NCBI RefSeq assembly: GCF_006345805.1 | Contig: NC_042997.1 | Location: 195,238,001-195,302,000 of the forward strand | Length of the DNA stretch: 64,000 bases | Direction: 5' to 3' | Source: Octopus sinensis | Lineage: Eukaryota | Shown: piece after piece, positions 1-9,535 of the stretch | How positions within the stretch are numbered: position 1 is the stretch's first letter | Layout: every line of letters begins with the position of its first letter | The notes under the pieces: model-generated | The model's input: the letters and a program-made list of their open reading frames with translations, nothing else | What the model was told of the DNA's origin: nothing | Database searches by the model: none | Program-made: the position numbers and the translations under genes

Positions 1-169
1 GACTTAGCATATACCACGCTTTAACTGGGATTCAGGACACTTTAAGTTGGATTCTCTCCATACCATTTGTTTTTCCATTCCGGTGGAGCAAAGCTACACC
101 CAAATTGGCTCCAGGAATGGGCAATCCAGTCATATTAATATATCAAGGACTAAATCATTTAATTTCGTC

Positions 170-456
170 GTCGTCGTCGTCATATACCATACTCCTGCAG
201 CGTATTGATGACACTGCATCATCATTATCATCACCATCGTCGTCGTCATCATCATCATACTGCTATGTTTAACACATCTGTCTCCTTAACTGAATTCCAA
301 TGTGTTTCGTGAAATGATATTTTCATGTACTGCAAATATAAAGTGACGCGAGTTCTCCAGCTGCTTTGTCACTCCTGTCCATGATATTGTCCATCTATTC
401 CGTGCTTTGCTTGCCTCTTGAACTAATCACTCTTTACATTTCCTTCTATGAGAATG
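170..456 (-). mobile_element. RTE (BovB-like) LINE 3' remnant with (TGA/CGA)n tail; duplicated and extended at 1060-1255
   Basis: Minus strand of 1060-1255 reads YCDHIRRSRGLEK..G..R..RWIDNIMDR, resembling the RTE ORF2 end. Confidence 0.6.
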
Positions 457-1207
457 GGATCTTTACCTTTTGACCTACAGATTTAAAAAATAATTTTTTC
501 TAACTAAACACTTTCAAACTTCGGACACTGGTAGAATGTGTCATATAAAACATGTTTTACTCTTAACATTTTTGAGAAAAACTTATATTTAGGAAGTTAT
601 TTTACGTCAAAGTCCTCGTATTTCGGTAATTTCAACCAATCAATGACGTGTATTCAACTGAATAAAATTACTGTTGTTGGTTGTCAACAAGAACTTCCGG
701 CGGTGTATATTTCGTTTGTCACTGTTATTTATGACAACCCTAACCCTAAAACCTTAAAACCTGTACAAACGCACGAATGATGTCATAAATAACAGTGGCA
801 AACGAAAAATACACCGCCGATTGTTGTTGACAAACAACGGCAGTAATTTTATTCAGCTGAATACACGTCATTGATTGGTTGAAATTACCGAAATACGAGA
901 ACTTTGACGTGAAATAACCTCCCAAATATAAGTTTTTCTCAAAAATGCTAAGAGTAAAAGATATTTTTATATGACACATTCTACCAGTGTCCGAAGTTTG
1001 AAAGTGTTTAGTTACCAAAAAATAATTTTTTTAATCTGTAGGTCAAAAGGTAAAGATCCGTGACATTTTCACGTACAGCAAAATATTAAGTGACACGGGT
1101 TCTCCAGCTGCTTTGTCACTCCTGTCCATGATATTGTCTATTCATCTATTCCATTCTTTGCTTGCCTCTTGAACTAATCGCCCTTTAAATTTCCTTCTAT
1201 GATAATG
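314..1207 (+). repeat. Direct duplication 314-456 / 1060-1207 flanking MITE 457-1059
   Basis: 143/148-bp diverged copies abutting both MITE termini; the duplicated DNA is an RTE LINE 3' remnant. Confidence 0.9.
457..1059. mobile_element. Fully palindromic GGATC-terminal MITE (GACCTACAG subfamily)
   Basis: Ends GGATCTTTACCTTTTGACCTACAG / CTGTAGGTCAAAAGGTAAAGATCC; ~280-bp inverted arms around a short CCCTAA-containing spacer. Confidence 0.9.
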
Positions 1208-1270
1208 TTTTCCAGACCTCTGCTTCTTCGAATATGGTCGCAATAGACGAGCGTTGTTTTTTTTTTTTTT

Positions 1271-1530
1271 GGATCTTCTCACTTTGACCGGCAGATTTAA
1301 AAAATAATTTCTTTGTAAGTAAACACGGTTAAACTTCGTATACTGGTAGAATGTGTCACATAAAACATATCGATACTTAACAACAAATAGCTTACAAACT
1401 ACAGAATTTTCTCAAGAACGCCAAGAGAAAAAGATGTTTATGTGACACATTCTACCAGTATACAAAGTTTAAACGTGTTTACTTACAAAGAAATTATTTT
1501 TTAAATCTGCCGGTCAAAGTGAAAAGATCC
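1271..1530. mobile_element. Short palindromic GGATC-terminal MITE (GACCGGCAG variant)
   Basis: GGATCTTCTCACTTTGACCGGCAG ... CTGCCGGTCAAAGTGAAAAGATCC, inserted in a poly-T tract. Confidence 0.85.
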
Positions 1531-2150
1531 GTTTTTTTCTTATTACAGTGTTCAGGAGCTGATGTCTTTCATCAACTTGTAACACGCAGTACGATTCTTT
1601 GATTAAAGATTCACGAGTGCAGATATAGCTGTGGGGTTCAGAAGTTCACTTCTCAACAATGTGGTTTCGGGTTCAATCTCACTGCTCGGTACCCTGGGCA
1701 AGTGTCTTTTATCATAATTCTGAGCTGCCAAAAGCACTGAGAGTGAAATTTGGTCGAGGAAAACTGCAGAATTTCGTTGAAGGAATCGTTTTCGTTATTT
1801 GATTGGTCGACAGCATTCTTCAACCAGTTTAACACCATCGCTTGGCATCTTGGCACCAAAGTGTTAGAAATGTTCGGGACTCCAAGTTTGACGAATAACT
1901 TCCTCTCACCTGTGATGGAGGCCCTGAAAATGGGTCATGACACGGTCTCTGTCCTTCTTCGTCTAAGTAAATCCGAAGAAAAGAAACCCATAAAACAAAA
2001 ACAGAGTTTGATTTTAGGTAATTAAGTTGTTATTTTTAGCAAATTGAATGACCACATAGAGGTTGTCCTCAACGTCACTTTATGATATTTTCGGGATATG
2101 AAAATATCACTTCACAAAACACATCGGGATGTGGTTAAGGAAGACAGATG

Positions 2151-2374
2151 GCGAGCTGGCAGAATCGTTAGCACGCCGGGCGAAATGCGTAACTGTATTT
2201 CGTCTGCCGTTACGTTCTGAGTTCAAATTCAGCCGAGGTCGACTTTGCCTTTCATCCTTTCGGGGTCGATAAATTAAGTACCAGTTACGCACTGGGGTCG
2301 ATGTAATCGACTTAATTCGTTTGCTGTCCTTGTTTGTCCTCTCTATGTTTAAAGCCCCTTGTGGATAAAGAAAC
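2151..2374 (+). mobile_element. tRNA-derived SINE family S1, representative copy
   Basis: A/B-box head, central GCCTTTCATCCTTTCGGGGTCGATAAATTAAGTACCAG (Meta-domain-like), 14-bp TSD AAGGAAGACAGATG at 2137-2150 and 2375-2388. Other copies at approximately 11270-11760, 20115-20630, 26143-26500, 32790-33010, 34365-34580, 59720-60300 and 61380-61610. Confidence 0.85.
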
Positions 2375-2404
2375 AAGGAAGACAGATGTGCCAAAGATAG
2401 CTGT

Positions 2405-2600
2405 GTTGATGATGAAGACGATTGAAATGATGATGATGATGATGATGATGACCATGACCCCGACGATGATGGTGATAATGATGATAGCGGTAGTGGTGGT
2501 GATGATGGCGATAACGATGATTGCAATGATGATGGTATTGGTATTTATAGTGGTGATGATGATGATGGTGGTGGCGATGACGACGGAGACGACGTTGAAC
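2405..2600 (+). repeat. Degenerate (ATG/GTG)n trinucleotide array, probably an expanded RTE tail
   Basis: Follows RTE 3'-end sequence interrupted by the S1 SINE. Confidence 0.8.
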
Positions 2601-3180
2601 GAATCCCTCTAGACTGAGCGAATTACTACTACTCGGCACAAAGAAACAAACGGGAATAAACCTATCGACCCCTCAACCGAGCGGCTCCTTTCATCTTCGC
2701 CTTCTCCACCTCACTCCCTATTGAAGTGACAACCTTGTTTACTGTATCTCGTTTCGACTCTCCTTCAACACTTAAAGGAAGGTATTTTCTCTGAAGTACA
2801 CATGAACCTAACCACACAGTCTTAGAAATGAAAGAATAAATAAATAAATAAATAAAAAGCTATTTTAGATTATAATTTTCCAGACTATTAACTTCATCTT
2901 TCGAGTATATATTTACAATTATTAAAATATCCTTTCCACATTTCCACCGGTAGTTTAGTGCAAAAGTAGGGAGACTCGCGGCCTTAGAGACACTTTAGGC
3001 CAGAAGATGTCGGGATTTTGATGATAAAATAAAAACACATTTTCAATACCAGAGTAATATAATTACCCAAGCTTACTTCCAAACCACATGGTTCCAAGTT
3101 CAGTCCCACTTGACGCCTTCGGCGAGTATCCTCTAAGACTTGTGAGTGGATTTGGTAGATGGAAACTGAAAGAAGCCTGT

Positions 3181-3234
<54 letters not shown>

Positions 3235-3515
3235 TATATAAAATATATATATAAAAGTACAAAATGGGACAAGAACGCAAAACACTCAAATAGACGACAC
3301 AAAAAACGGACGGATCATTCGAAGCCTCTAATCTTCAGTCAAGAACCGGATCATACTCGCAATTTCGGCTGAGTAATCTTGAGATCGCTCCGATCCGGCC
3401 AGCCCCAAGGAAAAACTAAGCTACGAGCATTAGATTTCTTGGAAAAGGAGAGAAAAACGGACGATGCCACACAATAAATACAAAAAACAATAATAGTAAT
3501 AACAGGACAAAAACA

Positions 3516-3546
<31 letters not shown>

Positions 3547-3679
3547 CGGTGTTTGTCCTCCACCACACTTGATAGCCGGTGTTGGCGCGTTTATGTTCCC
3601 CGTAACTTAGCGGTCCGGCTAAAAGACCGATAGAATAAACCCCAGGTTTTTGAAAAAAAAAAAAAGTCCTGGGGTCGAT

Positions 3680-4065
3680 TCATATATATAAAGCTGAAGT
3701 TGTTTGTGTATTGCAGGTTTGGTAACCTTGAACTAACACTATCTCCTCCGAGACCCTGCGGCGCAAGTTGACCAAAATTGAGAGTATGATAGAAGGCTTG
3801 CTCTTCCTTCCATAGAAGAAAAAATTCAAATCGGACCATGTTAACACCAAAAATTATTTACCCCAAAAAGGTGCTTTTTTTCTATGAAAATCCCTATTTT
3901 TTACGATTTTTTGACTGCTGTGTCGCCATTTTTCGCTGTATTTCAACCAGAAAAATGTTCACTTAAAGAGAATAACAAACTACTTAATGCAAAATTTTTA
4001 CTTTTCAAAAATTCTAATTCTAAGGGGTCGAAACAAACCCGAGCAACGCCGGGCGATACTGCTAA
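3680..4065 (+). mobile_element. Non-autonomous Helitron-like element, family A
   Basis: 5' TC-ATATATATAAAG; 3' CCCGAGCAACGCCGGG hairpin then CTAA; homologous to 38431-38829 and 51155-51519. Confidence 0.75.
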
Positions 4066-4264
4066 ATTTTGACAGGCCGCCTACTTGGTAGTAAAATTGT
4101 GAAGGGAAGTATCTTGTTTTGTTCACCATCCTTTAAATCTTGAAAAGGTCTTGCAGATTTATATAGTCCCAGATATGTATGTATGTATGCGCTGGCATAT
4201 ATGAAAAAGGCCCCTTGCCTTGGTCTAGGGAATAAGAAGGTTGGTGGTATTTACTCCTATACTA

Positions 4265-4462
4265 TTTACTCTTTTACTTGTTTCAGTCATTTGACTGCGG
4301 CCATGCTGGAGCACCGCCTTTAGTCGAGCAAATCGACCCCGGGACATATTCTTTGTTAAGCCCAGTACTTATTCTATCGGTCTCTTTTGCCGAACCGCTA
4401 AGTGACGGGGACGTAAACATACCAGCATCGGTTGTCAAGCAATGCCAGGGGGACAAACACAG

Positions 4463-4511
<49 letters not shown>

Positions 4512-4833
4512 GGAGATGTACTCGCATAGCAAGTAATTTGATCTGAGATCGTGTGCTGAAACGAAAACAATTGCAGCGTGGAAGGTGTTTATAAGCCATT
4601 TAAGAAACACAAAAACCGTTAGATTCACTTCAACATTTAAGTTTAATTTGTCAAAATATTTTCGTCGCTAAAATCCGCGACCTGTTCACTGAGATGCAGC
4701 ACGGACTTTGTCAGTGAACAGGTCGCGGATTTTAGCGTCGAAAATATTTTGACAAATTAAACTTAAATGTTGAAGTGAATCGAACGGCTTTTGTGTGTTT
4801 CTTAAATGGCTTATAAACACCTTCCACGCTGCA

Positions 4834-4898
<65 letters not shown>

Positions 4899-5050
4899 GA
4901 CAGGCTTCTTTCAGTTTCCGTCTACCAAATCCACTCACAAGGCATTGGTCGGCCCGGGGCTATAGCAGAAGACACTTGCCCGAAGTGGGACTGAACCCGG
5001 AACCATGTGGTTGGTTAGCAAGCTACTTACCACACAGCCACTCCTGCGCC
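4265..5050 (-). mobile_element. tRNA-derived SINE family S2 with internal (TA)n/(TG)n microsatellite, representative copy
   Basis: Head GGCTGTGTGGTAAG...GGTTCAGTCCCAC, tail GGCGGTGCTCCAGCATGGCCGCAGTCAAATGACTGAAAC. Other copies at approximately 3060-3680, 7725-8080, 10100-10470, 12225-12550, 45385-45670 and 45930-46760. Confidence 0.85.
4568..4837. repeat. Near-perfect palindrome (~125-bp arms, 18-nt loop) inside the (TA)n of a SINE
   Basis: Arms 4568-4692 and 4711-4837. Confidence 0.9.
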
Positions 5051-5436
5051 TATATTCTATGAGTAGACTGATCATCAAAGGCGTCCCGCCCTTGAAAATT
5101 GTCTGTCTGTGTGTTTCCACCACCTGTCTCTCTCCTTTGAAGGCGAACGGAAATAAACTCGCAGTTTTAGATAGAGAAAAAAAAAGTCATATTTTATTAC
5201 CGACGAATTGTCAGTCCCACCCTAAACATTAGAGTAGTTTTTGGTATGATCCCTTAGTCTTCGGAACGTTTTGGTTATCTCACCCCCATTAAAAAATTGG
5301 GTTATCTCCCCACTAAAAAATTGAGTTTATGTGGTAACACGAAATTGACCCTTTTGATTCAATACTTCAATATATTGTTAACGTTTGGCCTCCTCAATAG
5401 GAATGATATGATTTATTATAAAGCTATTATCAGTCC

Positions 5437-5509
5437 GCCCGCATAGCTCAGTCGGTAGAGCATCAGACTTTTAATCTGAGGGTCGCGGGTTCAAGTCCCT
5501 CTGCGGGCG
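5437..5509 (+). tRNA. trnK-UUU: tRNA-Lys, anticodon TTT
   Basis: GCCCGCA/TGCGGGC acceptor stem, GCTC/GAGC D stem, TCAGA-CTTTTAA-TCTGA anticodon arm, GGTTCAAGTCC B box. One C50:T64 mismatch in the T stem; no encoded CCA. Confidence 0.95.
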
Positions 5510-5517
5510 TACAATCA

Positions 5518-5522
5518 TTTTT
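5518..5522 (+). terminator. RNA polymerase III terminator (T5) of tRNA-Lys
   Basis: TTTTT 8 nt downstream of the tRNA 3' end. Confidence 0.75.
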
Positions 5523-6166
5523 GTAAATGGCGGTGCCCCAGCATGGCCACAGCTCGTGAGCTGAAACTAAATGAAATATAAAAATATAAAGATTCAATAA
5601 GATGTTAATTTTTTTTTTCAGTTTTCATGTTTATTAATTTTTTCGTTTTTCTTTTGTTTTATTCAGAGTTAAACAATTTTTTAGTTGAGGGAGATAACCA
5701 AAAGTACCGATATTTCTCGTAAAATGTGGGGAAATAACCCATTCTTTTTTAATGGGGGTGAGATAACCAAAAAGTACCTAGTCTTCTTTCTCTGCCATGG
5801 CGTTGGACAGGTTTTAAAAATTTAGTTATTTTAATCTTATTTAACACAAGAACGTGTCCACTCCTTTTTCAATCCTAACAACCTCTTCTTTCGGAGAAAC
5901 ACTGCTGTAAAGTAAGTATCTTCTATGGATCCGTTCAAACGTGAGTGTTGCTATAAATAATAGCTTACAATACACTAGGTGAAAAACAAACAATGCTTGA
6001 ACGAACCCCTCCCTCACCGATAGATGGCTAGGCTGCCACGGAATTTAAACGGCGCATTTATCGTATACCAATGGTCGGGATATCATTCCACCAAGACGAC
6101 TCTTCGACGTTCAACTACCCAAATTACAAGCTTTAATCTTACCGTGTTAAAGTGTGTATAGATATA

Positions 6167-7295
6167 TATTCTATATATAAAAAGTGAGTTTGAAATAAGA
6201 TTTTAACCGCTCATCTTTAACGTTTAGACAACTATTTATTTCGAGCCAGACAGTTTCAAACGACTATAATTTGTCTGACGTTTTTGCTCTCTTGTTCAAA
6301 GTGTCAGGCACTGGGGAAAGCATATGGTTGAGAAACAAACTCCTTAGCCACATCGACATGCTTTCATCTGAAACAGAAATCGAACGTACACAGTAATAAC
6401 ATATTTGTTTATTTGCAATTAGTCAACAAATGGAATGACACAGAATATATTAATGGGTTTTGACCTACAGATTTAAAAAATAATTTTTCCAAACTTCGGA
6501 CACTGGTAGAATGTGTCATATAAAACATCTTTTACTCTTAGCGTTTTTGAGAAAAGCTTATATTTACGAAGTAATTTCACGTTAAAGTAGGCCTATTTCG
6601 GTAATTTCAACCAATCAATGACGTGTATTCAGCTGAATAAAATTACTGCTATTGGTTGTCAACAAGAACTTCCGGCGGTGTATTTTTCGTTTGTCACTGT
6701 TATTTATGACATCTTTCGTGCGTTTGTACTGGTTTTAAGGTTTTAGGGTTAGGGTTGTCATAGATAAATGTGACAAACGAAAAATACACCGCCGGAAGTT
6801 CTTGTTGACAAACAAAGGCAGTAATTTTATTCAACTGAATACACGTCATTGATTGGTTGAAATTACCGAAATAGGCCTACTTTAACGTGAAATTACTTCG
6901 TAAATATAAGTTTTTCTCAAAAATGCTAAGAGTAAAAGATGTTTTATATGACACAGTCTACCAGTGTCCGAAGTTTGAAAGTGTTTAGTTACTCTGTAGG
7001 TCAAAAGGTAAAGATTCTATTCTATATATAAAAAGTGAGTTAGTAGTTTGAACATTTAGACAACTATTTATTTCGAAGCAGACAGTTTCAAATGACTAAT
7101 TTGTCTGACGTTTTTACTCTCTTGTTCAAAGTGTCAGACACTGGGACAGAACCAGAAAGCATGTGGTTGAGAAACAAACTCCTTAACCACACAGACATGC
7201 TTGCGTCTGAAACAGAAATCGCACGTACACAGCAATAAATATATTTGTTTATTTGCTATTAGTCAACAAATGGAATGACGCAGAATATATTAATG
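6167..7295 (+). repeat. Direct duplication 6167-6455 / 7018-7295 flanking MITE 6456-7017
   Basis: 289/278-bp diverged copies (tattctatatataaaaagtgag...cagaatatattaatg) abutting both termini. Confidence 0.9.
6456..7017. mobile_element. Second palindromic GACCTACAG-subfamily MITE
   Basis: Same arms as 457-1059 with the spacer inverted; left TIR GG-[9-bp deletion]-TTTTGACCTACAG, right end GGTAAAGATTC. Confidence 0.88.
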
Positions 7296-8859
7296 TATAT
7301 AAGACGACATAATTTAACGGTCCATGTCAATTTAACTGAAGTTTGTGATTTATTACGTGTCTAGTCCTTAGAGATACGTAAGTGCCAACAGGGAAATGTT
7401 GTCACTGGCTTCGCCGCCACCAGATGCGTAGGCTAGATTGATTTAAATCTATTCACGAATGGGTTAAAGTGAAATTATCGGCGCTCATTCAAACAAAATT
7501 TCCTTTATACCTAAAGGTACTGTTTGGCAGCTTTCACCAAGTCGACCCAGCTCAGTTCGGATAAAAAAAAAAAAAAAAATAGTAGGCTGAAATGTAAACG
7601 TTTGCCTTACAAAAAGATGTTTGTAGAAACGAATCTAGGGGAAAAAAATCCACCTGAATATTCGTGTTAATCATCAACATTAAAAATATCGATTAAAAAA
7701 AAAATAATTGTATTATTTTCCTTTTATTTGTTTCAGTCATTTGACTGCGGCCATGCTGAAGCACTACCTTTAGTCGAACAAATCGACCCCAGGACTTATT
7801 CTATCGGTTTCTTTTTGCCGAACCGCTATTTTACGGGGACGTAAACACACCAACATCAGTTGCCAAGCGATGGTAGGAGGGACAAACACACACACATATA
7901 TATATATATATATAATATATATACGACGGACTTCCTGAAGTTTCCATTTACCAAATCCACTCACAAGGCTTTGGTCGGCCTGAGGCTATAGCTGAAGACA
8001 CTTGCCCAAGGTGCCACGCAGTGGGATTGAATTTAGAACCATGTGGTTGGTAAGCACGCTACTTACCACACAGCTACTCATGCACCTTGTATATCTACAG
8101 AATTTAGAGGGCAGCATTGAAAGTTAAGGTGTTTCGTACACAAATACGTCTATTGGGTGTACATGCATATTTCAGGAGTTATTGCTCTTTCTTCAGCACG
8201 ATGAACTTACATTTTTTTGTTCCCAGTGCCACCTGACTGGCACGTAAAAAGCACCATTCGAACGTGGTCAATGTCAAGCAGTGATGGGGATGGGAGACAA
8301 ACAGACACATACACATATATATATGACAGGCTTCTTTCCATTTCTGTCTACCAAATTCACTCACAAGACTTTGGTCAACTCAAGGCTATAGTAAAAGAAG
8401 AACCTTGCTCAAGGTACTATGTAGTGGGACTGAACCCAGAACCGTGTCATTGGGAGTCAAACATCTTACCACACAGCCAATGCCTGCACCTTGGCTTAAG
8501 AAAAGGAATAAATTTTTTTCCACATTGGTGCAGGCATGGCTGTGTGGTAAGAAGCTTGCTTCCTAACCACATGGTTCAGCGTTCAATCAGTTGTGTGCTC
8601 CAAAGTCTAATTTCTTTGGGTGAATATGTTTTAAGTGTTGTACATTATAATTCTTTTTTTCATCTTTATTTGTTTCAATTATAGAACTGCAGCGCGATGG
8701 GGTATCCCCTTAAAGGGTTTAATCAAACAAATTGGGCGCAGCACTTGTATTTTTTTGGTGCAAAGTAGTGGTGGTGGGGGACAGCGTAATATTTTTTGAG
8801 TGGTCATATTGAAAAAAGAGATTGCGATCTTGATGATGATGATATAAACTTCAGATAAA

Positions 8860-9535
8860 TGTATGAGGGCAGCTGCGTAAAGAAGTGCTGATCTCTAACT
8901 GTGGAGGGAACCTGTGGTAGAGGTTGACCCAAAAAGACATGGGATGAGGTGGTGAAGCATGATCTTTGAACTTTGAGCTTCACAGAGTCAATAACTGAAA
9001 CCTTTGGTAATGTGTTGTGCTTGAGAGGACTGGTCAAGCCAAGTGCACCTGCACTGGTGGTACGTAAAGAACACCTTTCGAGCATTGGGTCTCATGGAGG
9101 CAAAGTGAATGAGTTCCTTTCGAGCATTGGGTCTCATGGAGGCAAAGTGACTGAGTTTCTTTTTGAGTGTTGAGCCTCATGAATGCAAAGTGACCTTTCA
9201 AGTGTTGGGTCTCTCAGAGGCAACGACTGAGACCTTTGGCATTATGTGCTTGAGATGACCCATCAAGCCAAGCAAAATTGCTTTGTGACAGATACTGATG
9301 TCATGCAAATTGGCACCTGTGCTGGCAGCACCCCGGTGTCATGCAAATGACACCTGTGCCAGTGACACATAAACACACACATTACACTCTCAGACTGGTT
9401 GACATTAAGAAGGGCATCCAGCCATAGAAAACCATGTCAAAACAGACTGGAGTCTGGTGTAGCCTTCCAGTGTGCCAGCCCAGTCAAACTGTCCACCCAT
9501 GCCAGCATGGACAACGGATGTTAAATGACGATGAT
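8860..9535 (+). mobile_element. 5'-truncated RTE-clade LINE: ORF2 C-terminus, 3' region and (TGA)n tail
   Basis: Translates ...SCVKKC*SLTVEGTCGRG*PKKTWDEVVKHDL; continues into the GGATGCCCTTCCTAA-type 3' region found throughout the window. Confidence 0.75.

Larger units (their letters stand above)
5263..5778. mobile_element. Non-autonomous TIR element (Merlin-like) containing the tRNA-Lys gene
   Basis: ~53-bp imperfect TIRs: GGAACGTTTTGGTTATCTCACCCCCATTAAAAAA vs reverse complement GGTACTTTTTGGTTATCTCACCCCCATTAAAAAA. Exact 8-bp TSD TAGTCTTC at 5255-5262 and 5779-5786. Subterminal GGTTATCTCCC repeats. Confidence 0.85.

Noticed and set aside
739-760. Interstitial telomeric repeats (also at ~6740, 13493, 32244 and 52785)
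   Set aside because: Only about 2 CCCTAA units each, and they are an internal part of the GGATC-family MITE consensus.
2107-2639. Ser-, Met- and His-rich ORFs
   Set aside because: Translations of an (ATG/GTG)n array plus SINE sequence.
3300-3345. Hammerhead core CTGAAGA on the minus strand of a (TA)n insert
   Set aside because: No proper stem II, and GAAT in place of GAAA.
7412-7428. CTCF-like motif GCCACCAGATGCG
   Set aside because: Incomplete match to the consensus; cannot be supported without ChIP data.
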